Below, piece after piece: positions 13,001-20,033 of a DNA stretch of 64,000 bases (position 1 is its first letter; each line of letters begins with the position of its first letter). A program made the position numbers and the translations under genes. The stretch covers positions 60,706-124,705 of the forward strand of contig CBFGTS010000012.1 in the NCBI GenBank assembly GCA_965652295.1, given 5' to 3'. This DNA is from an uncultured Haloferula sp. Its GTDB lineage: Bacteria > Verrucomicrobiota > Verrucomicrobiia > Verrucomicrobiales > Akkermansiaceae. Below the pieces are notes generated by a model that was given only the letters and a program-made list of their open reading frames with translations, was not told where the DNA came from and made no database searches.

Positions 13001-14077
13001 GTCGTCGTCGAGCCACAGCGTCCGCTCGATCCTCAGCCCCTCCGGCTTCTGCAAACCCATTCCCCGCATCCGCTCCACCAAGCGGAACGGCTCCTCGACC
13101 GACCACTGATAGACCGGGAGATTCCTCCATCGCTCTGGAAAGGTCGTCTGCGAGACATCGACCATCCGCAATCCCTCCAGCTCCGCGGAGCGAAATTCCG
13201 GTGCCGCGCGGAAGCCGATCAGTTCCTCCGCCACCAGCGGCGTCACGCCTTCGGCGAAACGAATCTCCTCCACATCCTCAGTGCGGAAGGCATCCAGTGA
13301 GATCCTCCACTTCCCCGCCCTCACCTGCGCTTTCATCCGGCCGCTCTCATCCACCGCCACCGGCAGCGGGGACTGCACGGCAGCCGGTTTCCAGCCTGCC
13401 GGCAACGCATGTCCCAGCTCCTCTTCCCGGCTCCTGCCGGAAACGCTCAGCTCGATCTCCGTCCGCAGCCACAACGGGTTTCCATCCTCGATCACCCGCC
13501 ACACCTGTGCCGCCAGTGCATCCTTGTCCGTGGCCGCCGTCCGCACGCGCTTCAGCCAGAGATCACCCGACTCATCCCAGTTCGGGATTTCCACCGCACG
13601 GCCGTCCACCACCAGTGAGAGCACGCCGATTTCCTGCGGCACCCGCAGCACCTGCGGCATCTCGCCTTGCCATGAAAACGAACCCGCCAGCCGGTGGACG
13701 CCCTTGTCGAGTCGCACCGCCGGATGTCCGTCGCGCTCGACCACCACCACGGCCCCCTCGCCGGACCGCACTTCGCCCGGCCACGTCTTCGCGCCACCCG
13801 GCAGCGGCACCCAGCTCTCGCTGAATACCGTTACCTCCATCTCGAATCCACTCCCACGGGAATCGGCGGAAATCGAGAGCACTCCGGGCCAGAAGCAGAG
13901 AGCCTTGGAAGCATCGTCCGCCGGAGTGGGACACTCACGGTGCTCCACGTCCCACGTCGCCCAGTCCTGCCAATCCCGCAGCGCATCCGGGATCTGGCGC
14001 TGTGCGAACGCGGACGCCATGAGGAACCAAACCGGCACAACGGCCAGGCCACGGATCAAAGAAGCAAAATGTCTCAT
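10046..14077 (-). CDS. Large exported/membrane hypothetical protein (~1343 aa) with an internal two-fold duplication
   Basis: Long ORF with a signal peptide (ASAFAQ). Two beta-rich regions, each followed by a multi-TM block. Start could be 14107, 14077 or 14020. Confidence 0.85.
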   Translation of the reverse strand: MRHFASLIRGLAVVPVWFLMASAFAQRQIPDALRDWQDWATWDVEHRECPTPADDASKALCFWPGVLSISADSRGSGFEMEVTVFSESWVPLPGGAKTWPGEVRSGEGAVVVVERDGHPAVRLDKGVHRLAGSFSWQGEMPQVLRVPQEIGVLSLVVDGRAVEIPNWDESGDLWLKRVRTAATDKDALAAQVWRVIEDGNPLWLRTEIELSVSGRSREEELGHALPAGWKPAAVQSPLPVAVDESGRMKAQVRAGKWRISLDAFRTEDVEEIRFAEGVTPLVAEELIGFRAAPEFRSAELEGLRMVDVSQTTFPERWRNLPVYQWSVEEPFRLVERMRGMGLQKPEGLRIERTLWLDDDGGGVTFRDLISGTGQSTWRLDIAGGRELGAAKVGDEAQLVTTNPANGAAGVEIRSRNLAMEAIGRSDEVGRLSATGWQTPAEGVDVMVHLPPGWRLFALFGADWTQGDWLTAWTLLDLFLLLIFTLAASRLCGWKAGVLAFLAFGLAYHEPGAPRYVWLLLLVPIGLLKVVPEGKPRQWVNGVRLGLIGFLIVLLVPFVTRQVQGVMYPQLEESGLSYGERPYPGRSMSGVPSSLGVSLASKSRSYDELEESQGRMLKAKISSNLAYDAEAKIQTGPAMPQWSWNEVAFGWNGPVSAEETVRPVFISLTMHRVLTVLRVVLLLALAGLLIRSRRDVPPARKSPPPVPGAAVAALLVFAVMWTGRAAAQIPGPEMLSELRERLLEKPDVFPHAAELPEVSIRLDGNRLTMTAEVHAAARVAVPLPGRLPAWSPVAVTLDGDARPALRRDDGYLWLVVPEGVHVVTVEGRLPETTEWEWGFALKPRKVVIDAPGWSVVGVGPNGVPENPVFFSRKNKGSKDEADYDRKDFNVLVGVERHLEIGLQWQVRTVVRRLSSPGKAVSLQVPLLAGEKVLNAQVEVRDGRAEVRLGAGEDSIEWRSELPPGEAIELTAPPSERRVERWHLVTSPVWNVDYVGLEPVFESGEESLVPVWHPWPGESVRLLFARPQAISGDTVTVRRVDHEVSLGARQSSASLTLEVEASLGDDFLVSLDPAAEITLLQQDGQAIPVRREEGSLIVPVHPGAQTLRVEWRSERDLGFRAAGGEVGLPVEAANVSTRLLVPDSRWVLWANGPLRGPAVRFWTVLVVSLMAAWVLGGLKGSPLKRYEWMLLSIGLTQIELGAALLVVGWFFLLAWRGRMAGRLAGAKFDLLQLALAGLTVIALIIVLEIVRRGLLGHPEMFIRGNGSTRTSLSWFEPRGGEALPQPYVLSVSVWWYRLLMLAWALWLAASLIRWLKWAWQQFSAGGFWQKVAPPRSGKPPLPPRA

Positions 14078-14149
14078 GAGAGAACGGGTACACCGGCCGA
14101 TTCTCATGAACCTGGACAGAGCGCGAAGAACTGTCGATCCCCCGTCCTG

Positions 14150-14731
14150 TCACTCCGCCAACTCGATCTCCTTCTCCGCGTCGCCCCCGTCCGTGAGCTG
14201 CTGCCAATCCACGTTTCCATGATCCAGCCGCTGGAGTTCGCTCGCATAGACCGCATCGTCATTCCGTGGGTCCAACGCCGCCGCCAACTCGATGAACGCC
14301 CGCGCCAGAAGCAGGTTCTCCGCCCCACCCTGCTGCTTGAGCAGCCCGGCCCGGGTGGACAGCAGCTTCGCCAGCACCTCGGAGCTGTAGGAGCTTTCCA
14401 CCGGAGTCGGCACCATCCCGCGGGAAAGCTGGTAGTTCGCCACCAGGGCGCGGCGGTTGCGTGGCGCGAGCTGCATCGAGAGCGCCAGAAACCGGCGGCC
14501 CTCGCTCAATGACTCGGCCGAGGCCTTGCCGCGGGCAATCAGATTGACGGCATACACGGCCAGGTTTTCCGCATATTCCTCCCGCTCGCGATCGAGCATC
14601 CCAAGCGCGTCGCTGAACTCGCCGGCACCGATCTGCGGCGGCTTCCAGTGGAACTTCGATACCTCGTCCCCGCGGCCCGCCACCGCCAACAGCAGCAGCG
14701 CCGCCAGCACGATTTGCCCTGACTTGAACAC
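14150..14731 (-). CDS. Exported helical (TPR-like) hypothetical protein
   Basis: GTG start, hydrophobic signal peptide VLAALLLLAVAG, TPR-like segments (ALSMQLAPRN, AAALDPRN). Confidence 0.7.
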   Translation of the reverse strand: MFKSGQIVLAALLLLAVAGRGDEVSKFHWKPPQIGAGEFSDALGMLDREREEYAENLAVYAVNLIARGKASAESLSEGRRFLALSMQLAPRNRRALVANYQLSRGMVPTPVESSYSSEVLAKLLSTRAGLLKQQGGAENLLLARAFIELAAALDPRNDDAVYASELQRLDHGNVDWQQLTDGGDAEKEIELAE

Positions 14732-14756
14732 GGCGGCAACCTATTCCCGGGGAGCG

Positions 14757-15308
14757 ATGCCGATGCAAGCGACAACTCCCGGCCCTGATGCCGACAAGAC
14801 CCAGTGGCGAGCCTGGTTGCGCCGTCAGTTCGATCCCTCACCCGCCGAAACCTCCCTGCTGCTCGCCGATGCCCTGCGACGGGAACTCTCTCCGCTGCCG
14901 CCCGGTCGCGTCGCCCTCTTCTGCGCCCTCCACGACGAGCCCGATCTCATTGCCGTCCTCTCCCACGGCCCGCACCGCTGGTTCATGCCACGCGTCGAGT
15001 CGCAGGAGCTGCATTTCTACGAAATCACCTCGCCGGACGACCTCGCCACCGGCTCCTTCGGCATTCGAGAGCCCCGCCCCGATCTCCCGGTGATCGATCC
15101 CGCCGAACTCGACGTCATCGTCTGCCCCGGTCTCGGCTTCGGTCGCGATGGCACCCGCCTCGGCCGCGGCCGCGGCTACTACGACCGGGCGCTCGCCAGC
15201 GCCTGCAATGCCCGCCTCATCGGCACCGCCTTCCCGTGCCGAATCGTCGATACGCTTCCGGTCGAATCCCACGACATCCGCATGCACCACGTGCTCGGAC
15301 TGCGCTAA
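14757..15308 (+). CDS. 5-formyltetrahydrofolate cyclo-ligase
   Basis: FGIREP, DVIVCPGLGFGRDGTRLGRGRGYYDR and LPVESHDIRM motifs. Start is 14757 or 14763. Confidence 0.9.
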   Translation: MPMQATTPGPDADKTQWRAWLRRQFDPSPAETSLLLADALRRELSPLPPGRVALFCALHDEPDLIAVLSHGPHRWFMPRVESQELHFYEITSPDDLATGSFGIREPRPDLPVIDPAELDVIVCPGLGFGRDGTRLGRGRGYYDRALASACNARLIGTAFPCRIVDTLPVESHDIRMHHVLGLR

Positions 15309-15315
15309 CTCCGGC

Positions 15316-15690
15316 TCACTGCACCCAGCTCGGCAGCTCAAGCTCGAAGCGCGGGATCCGCGCGAACACCACCTCGCCTTTTGCCGTGCGACCGAAGAAC
15401 GCTCCTTCGGCCACCGCGTTCTCCGCCGTCACATGGTAGCTGTTGTAGGAAAAATGCTGACCCGGAGCGAGTTGCGGCGTCTGACCGACGACTCCGTCTC
15501 CTTCCACCACCACCGTCTCCTCGCCCTCGCGAACCACCCACTTGCGGCCCACGATGGTCACCTCCTCGCCGGACTCGTTGTGGATGGATATGAAATACAC
15601 GAACGGATGCGGCTTGTTGGCAGGGGCGTCGAGCGACGGCATGTAAACGACGTCATCCACCTTGACCCGCAGCTTTTTGAGTTCCCGCAT
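15316..15690 (-). CDS. apaG: ApaG-domain protein
   Basis: FVYFISIHN, RKWVV, VEGDGVVGQTPQLAPGQHFSYNS and IPRFEL. Start reassigned to MRELKK. Confidence 0.85.
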   Translation of the reverse strand: MRELKKLRVKVDDVVYMPSLDAPANKPHPFVYFISIHNESGEEVTIVGRKWVVREGEETVVVEGDGVVGQTPQLAPGQHFSYNSYHVTAENAVAEGAFFGRTAKGEVVFARIPRFELELPSWVQ

Positions 15691-15747
15691 CGTCCGACAA
15701 TCTAGAAGCATTCCTTCGCCCTTTGCCAACTCCGATTTCCTCGAAAG

Positions 15748-16542
15748 ATGTCCCGTCTCCCCGTCACCCTGACCATCGCCGGCTCGGACAGCTCCGCCGG
15801 TGCCGGCCTGCAGGCCGATCTGAAGACCTTCCAGCACTTCCGCACCTTCGGTCTCACCGTCGCCACCTGCATCGTCGCTGAAACCCCGCGGGAGGTGCGA
15901 TCCGTGCACATTCTCCCGATTGACACGATCCGCGACCAGCTCGCGATCCTGCTGGAAACCTTCCCGGTCGCGGCGGTGAAAACCGGCATACTCCCCAACG
16001 CCGACGCCGTCCGGCTCGTCGCCGAAATGCTGGCGGATCATCCGGCGATCCCGCTCGTCGTCGACCCTGTCATGATCGCCTCCACCGGCGACGCCCTCGT
16101 TTCCCCCGAAGCCATCGCGGCCTATCGCGAGACCCTTTTCCCCCGCTGCACCCTGCTCACCCCCAATCTCGATGAAGCCGCCCACCTCGTCGGTCGCCCG
16201 CTGCCGGACCGCCCCGCGATGGAAGCCGCCGCCGCCGAACTCGCCGGCCAGCTCGGAGGAGCCGTGCTTTTGAAAGGCGGTCACCTCGTCGGCCCGGACT
16301 GCGCCGACCTTCTCCACGGACCTCGTCTCCACCAGTGGTTCACCGCCCCGCGCATCGCCACCGAGGCCGGCCACGGCACCGGCTGCACCTTCTCCGCTGC
16401 CATCACCGCCTGCCTCGCCCTCGGGCTCGATCTCCCCAGCTCCGTCGCCGCCGCCAAGGACTACCTCGGCCGCACCCTCGCCGAAGCCGTGACTCCCGGT
16501 GGCCTCCCGATGCTCAATCAGGGAACCACCTTTGAGCGCTGA
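15748..16542 (+). CDS. thiD: Hydroxymethylpyrimidine/phosphomethylpyrimidine kinase
   Basis: LTIAGSDSSAGAGLQADLKT, VVDPVM, LLKGGH and HGTGCTFSAAI. Confidence 0.93.
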   Translation: MSRLPVTLTIAGSDSSAGAGLQADLKTFQHFRTFGLTVATCIVAETPREVRSVHILPIDTIRDQLAILLETFPVAAVKTGILPNADAVRLVAEMLADHPAIPLVVDPVMIASTGDALVSPEAIAAYRETLFPRCTLLTPNLDEAAHLVGRPLPDRPAMEAAAAELAGQLGGAVLLKGGHLVGPDCADLLHGPRLHQWFTAPRIATEAGHGTGCTFSAAITACLALGLDLPSSVAAAKDYLGRTLAEAVTPGGLPMLNQGTTFER

Positions 16543-16562
16543 AAAGAGTCAACTACCACGCC

Positions 16563-16601
16563 ATGAAATGTCGGCGGAACAGGGCTTCCACCGACTTTCA
16601 T
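16563..16601. terminator. Probable bidirectional terminator between convergent genes
   Basis: Imperfect hairpin ATGAAA-T-GTCGGCGGAA...TTCCACCGAC-TTTCAT between the thiD stop and the stop of the 16624 gene. Confidence 0.55.
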
Positions 16602-16623
16602 TCGTGGATTCGAGACTTCCGGG

Positions 16624-17115
16624 TCATTCCTCGACGTCGAAGCGGACGGTGGGAATCCGAAGAGAATCAATGACCTGATATTCTTCATCGACCACCACTA
16701 CGTTTCCGCCGGCGATGTAGTACCGGTAACCCTCGTGCTCCGGAAAAACCGAGACGAGTTGCCGGGGCGCCTTCACCAACATCGGCCGGTACTCCTCGGT
16801 GATAACGGTGCCGGGCTCGATCACTTGGTTGCGCCAGGTTGCCGGAATCCGGTCCACCTCGATCTGCTGGACGACTTCGACAGGCAAGCCATAGCTTTCC
16901 TCGGCGTACGGCTCGAAGTAGGTGACCACACTCTGCCGCACTTCAGGCGTGAAGGTGCGGGTGGTTTCGGTCACGGTCCCATCGCCGTGGTCCGTGACGG
17001 TGGTTTCGGTGACGGTTCCGTCGGCGTGTTGCTCGACCGTTTTTTCAGTCGTCTGGCTGTAAGCCACGACCACGGTCGCGAGGACCGCCAAGGGAGTCAT
17101 GTGGGATGTTTTCAT
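16624..17115 (-). CDS. Small exported protein (RcnB/DUF1236-like C-terminus) with a duplicated DGTVTETT motif
   Basis: Signal peptide, then HADGTVTETT/HGDGTVTETT, then YRYYIAGGNVVVVD. Confidence 0.7.
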   Translation of the reverse strand: MKTSHMTPLAVLATVVVAYSQTTEKTVEQHADGTVTETTVTDHGDGTVTETTRTFTPEVRQSVVTYFEPYAEESYGLPVEVVQQIEVDRIPATWRNQVIEPGTVITEEYRPMLVKAPRQLVSVFPEHEGYRYYIAGGNVVVVDEEYQVIDSLRIPTVRFDVEE

Positions 17116-17382
17116 GGGTTCATCGGGTTCGGTTGTTGGAAGGGGGAGAGGGTGCCTCCGCAACCGCCATGCCGCTCATCGAAAACCACATAAACAACTG
17201 ATGATCAAAGATTTTTGAAACACTCGAAAGATCCCCCTCCGCCAGTCCGCCATGCACCCTGCCCCTGAATCGTGCAAATCCCGTGACACGGCGGTCGTCG
17301 CCGGTAGCGCGAGCTCTGGAGATGAAGAATTTCCGCGCCCGGCATCATCCGCACGGTTCGCGGAGTGGCGGGAAATCGCGCC

Positions 17383-17410
17383 TTGCCATGCATCTTCCAG
17401 TCTCTAGCCT
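17383..17410 (+). promoter_or_regulatory. Putative sigma70 promoter for the RRM gene
   Basis: TTGCCA-16 nt-TAGCCT, about 235 nt upstream of the ATG at 17646. Confidence 0.5.
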
Positions 17411-17645
17411 CACCGCGCGGCGAGTCCGGCCAGATGGCCCGACAGCCCATCCATGTGCGGTCACGGGGAAACCCGTCCGCCGGGTCCTTCGAAGCCCGTC
17501 CTTCCCGCAACGCCACGGACGGAACCTTCCCGGCACCACAAAGCCGGTGGACTTCGGTGGACCATAACCGGCCCGAACGCCTGACGCCCCGCCGGGGCCG
17601 AGGCCAGCCAACTCCCGGACGACCGCCCCAACAAACAAGCAAAAC

Positions 17646-18545
17646 ATGTCCAATACCACATCCGATGCCCGCGGCAACGGCCAACAGAAGCGCCGTCGCT
17701 CCCGCGGAGGAAGAAACCGCAATCGCAACCGTCAAGGCCAAGGCCAGGGCAATTCCAACCAAGGCAACCGCCAGCCTCATGGCGGCGACCTCCAGCCCCG
17801 CCGCAGCGGCGGCCGCACCCGCGCCGCGAAACCCAAGCCGCTGACCTGGTGGCAGAAGCTGCTCAAGGCCATCGGCCTCTACAAGGAACCCGCGCCGAAG
17901 CGCCGAAGCGAAACCGGCCAGCCGGTGAAACACAACACCCGCGTCGCCAAAACCGGCGGCGAAACCCCGCGGGATCGCGATCGTGACCAAGATCGGGATC
18001 GTGGCCGCGGCCGTGATCGGGATCGTGACCGCGACAACCCCGACAAGCGCCGCGAACGCGCCGAGGCCCGCGCCAAGGACGTCGATTCCCGCCGCCTCTA
18101 CCTCGGAAATCTTTCCTACGAAGCCGGCGAAAGCGACCTCGAGGAACTGTTCCGTGGCGTCGGCTCGGTCCGCCGCGTCGAGATCGTCTACAACCGCCGC
18201 ACCCACCGCTCGAAGGGCTACGGGTTCATTGAAATGCTCGACACCGACGAGGCCAAGAAGGCCGTGGAAGTCCTCCACGACCAGTTCTTCATGGGCCGCA
18301 AGCTGGTCGTCAGCGCCGCCAAGTCCGACGGCCCCGCCGACACCGACGACCGCGAACAGGACGACGACACCGAACCGGCCGCCGCCAAGGCAGCTCCGGC
18401 ACCCGCCCCGGTTGCGACCGAAGCTCCAGTGACCGAAGAAGCTCCGACAATCGAGGAGACTCCGGCGAGCGAGGAGACTCGGGTTGCCGAAGAAGCCCCT
18501 GCCGCCGAGGAGCCCGAGGAGAAAAAGGACGCCCCCCAAGGCTAA
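17646..18545 (+). CDS. RRM-domain RNA-binding protein with long low-complexity arms
   Basis: RNP2 LYLGNL and RNP1 KGYGFIEM. Arg/Asn/Gln-rich and RD-repeat N-terminus; acidic Ala/Pro/Glu-rich tail. Confidence 0.92.
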   Translation: MSNTTSDARGNGQQKRRRSRGGRNRNRNRQGQGQGNSNQGNRQPHGGDLQPRRSGGRTRAAKPKPLTWWQKLLKAIGLYKEPAPKRRSETGQPVKHNTRVAKTGGETPRDRDRDQDRDRGRGRDRDRDRDNPDKRRERAEARAKDVDSRRLYLGNLSYEAGESDLEELFRGVGSVRRVEIVYNRRTHRSKGYGFIEMLDTDEAKKAVEVLHDQFFMGRKLVVSAAKSDGPADTDDREQDDDTEPAAAKAAPAPAPVATEAPVTEEAPTIEETPASEETRVAEEAPAAEEPEEKKDAPQG

Positions 18546-18588
18546 CCGGAAGGCAAGGCACTCGCCGCGCCAACAAAACTTCATCCCC

Positions 18589-18628
18589 CACCCCGCCGGG
18601 CCCGCCCCGCGCGGGGTGTTTTCGTTTT
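18589..18628 (+). terminator. Intrinsic terminator after the RRM gene
   Basis: CACCCCGC...GCGGGGTG stem followed by TTTTCGTTTT. Confidence 0.7.
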
Positions 18629-18660
18629 CAATTCGAACCCACCCCACCACACTTCCTTCC

Positions 18661-19566
18661 CTGAACCCGCCCTGCCCCATCTACCTTTGCGGCCCCACCG
18701 CTTCCGGGAAATCCTCGCTCGCCGCGGCCCTGGCCGCGCGACTGGGAGGCGAGGTCGTGAATGCCGACGCCTTCCAGCTCTACCACGGGCTCGATACGCT
18801 GGTCGCCGCGCCTTCCGCCGATGAGCGCGCCGCAGCACCCCATCATCTCTACGGCGTGCTCGATCCCACCGAAACCTGCGATGCGATGCGCTACCGTCAG
18901 CTCGCCCTGCCGGTCATCCGGGAAATCCTCGACCGGGGAAACGTCCCCATCGTCACCGGCGGTTCCGGACTTTACCTGAAATTTCTCACCCACGGGCCCG
19001 ACCCGCTGCCGCCGGGCGATCCCGCAATGCGCACCCTGCTCGACGCCCGTCCGCTCGCCGACCTCGTGGCCGAGCTGACCCGTCTCGACCCGGTCGAAGC
19101 CTCGCGCACGAATCTCTCCAACCGCCGCTACGTCTCACGCGCCTTGGAGATCTGCCTCCTCACCGGCAAGCGCTGCTCGGATCTGCGCGAAAGCTGGACG
19201 ACCCGCTCGCGCGAAATTGAGACCACCTTGCGCGGCCTCGTCATCCGCCGCCTACGCCCCGACCTCCACCGGCGGATCGACCTGCGCACCCGCCGGATGC
19301 TCAACGGCGGTGCCATCGACGAAGTGGCGGGAACCGAGCTGTCCCCCACCCTATCGAAGGCCATCGGAGTGCCGCAGATCCGAGATTTTCTTGCGGGAAA
19401 CATCGACCGCACCCGCTGCGAGGAACTCATCGCCGCCGCCACCCGTCAGTATGCGAAGCGCCAGGAAACCTGGTTCCGCCGGGAAGCCTGGCTGCACCCC
19501 CTGCCGTGGACGCCCGAAGCCGGACTGCCCGTCGAAGAGGCGATCGGGGTTCTGGAATCCCGCTGA
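18661..19566 (+). CDS. miaA: tRNA dimethylallyltransferase; start codon uncertain (CTG at 18661 proposed)
   Basis: GPTASGKS, VVNADAFQLY, IVTGGSGLY, KAIGV and TRQYAKRQETWFR. Confidence 0.9.
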   Translation: MNPPCPIYLCGPTASGKSSLAAALAARLGGEVVNADAFQLYHGLDTLVAAPSADERAAAPHHLYGVLDPTETCDAMRYRQLALPVIREILDRGNVPIVTGGSGLYLKFLTHGPDPLPPGDPAMRTLLDARPLADLVAELTRLDPVEASRTNLSNRRYVSRALEICLLTGKRCSDLRESWTTRSREIETTLRGLVIRRLRPDLHRRIDLRTRRMLNGGAIDEVAGTELSPTLSKAIGVPQIRDFLAGNIDRTRCEELIAAATRQYAKRQETWFRREAWLHPLPWTPEAGLPVEEAIGVLESR

Positions 19567-19621
19567 ATCCTATGGGGATCAGGTTTTGACCTCGCGGATC
19601 AAAATGCGCACATTCCCTCGC

Positions 19622-20029
19622 ATGCAGCCCGCCCAGTTCGAGAGCGCCGTGGACAATATCCTCCGCCGCGACTCGCGCTTCGACCCCCAAGCCTACCTTT
19701 TCCTGAAGGACTCGCTCGATTTCACCCTCAAGCGCGCCGCCGAGACCAATTCAGGCCGCGCGCGCCACGTCAGTGGCTCGGAGCTGCTTGAAGGTTTTCG
19801 CGATCTCGCACTGGAGGAATTCGGCCCCATGGCTTCGACCCTGATGGAGCTCTGGGGCCTCACCGAGACCCGCAACGTCGGCGAGATGGTGTTTCACCTC
19901 ATCGAAGAGCAGATGTTCGGCAAGCAAGACTCGGACAACCTCGAGGATTTCGAGGAGGTCTTTGATTTCAAACAAGCGTTCGAGCTGCCCTACCTGCCGA
20001 GAAAACGGCAGGCAGTGAACGCAGGCTGA
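19622..20029 (+). CDS. Minf_1886-family conserved hypothetical protein (Planctomycetes/Verrucomicrobia)
   Basis: D.RF.P.AY.F, RHVSG.ELLEG.R..A.E.FGPMA, WG...T..VGE.VF.LI and DF..VFDF pattern, recognised from memory. Confidence 0.8.
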   Translation: MQPAQFESAVDNILRRDSRFDPQAYLFLKDSLDFTLKRAAETNSGRARHVSGSELLEGFRDLALEEFGPMASTLMELWGLTETRNVGEMVFHLIEEQMFGKQDSDNLEDFEEVFDFKQAFELPYLPRKRQAVNAG

Positions 20030-20033
20030 CGGA

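Noticed and set aside
14732..14760. Expected 6S RNA upstream of the 5-formyl-THF cyclo-ligase gene
   Set aside because: Only about 25 nt separate it from the divergent gene, so there is no room.
17495..17535. TCCCGCAACGC resembling the 5' part of 4.5S SRP RNA
   Set aside because: The conserved SRP helix-8 motif (CAGG..GRAA..AGCA) is absent.
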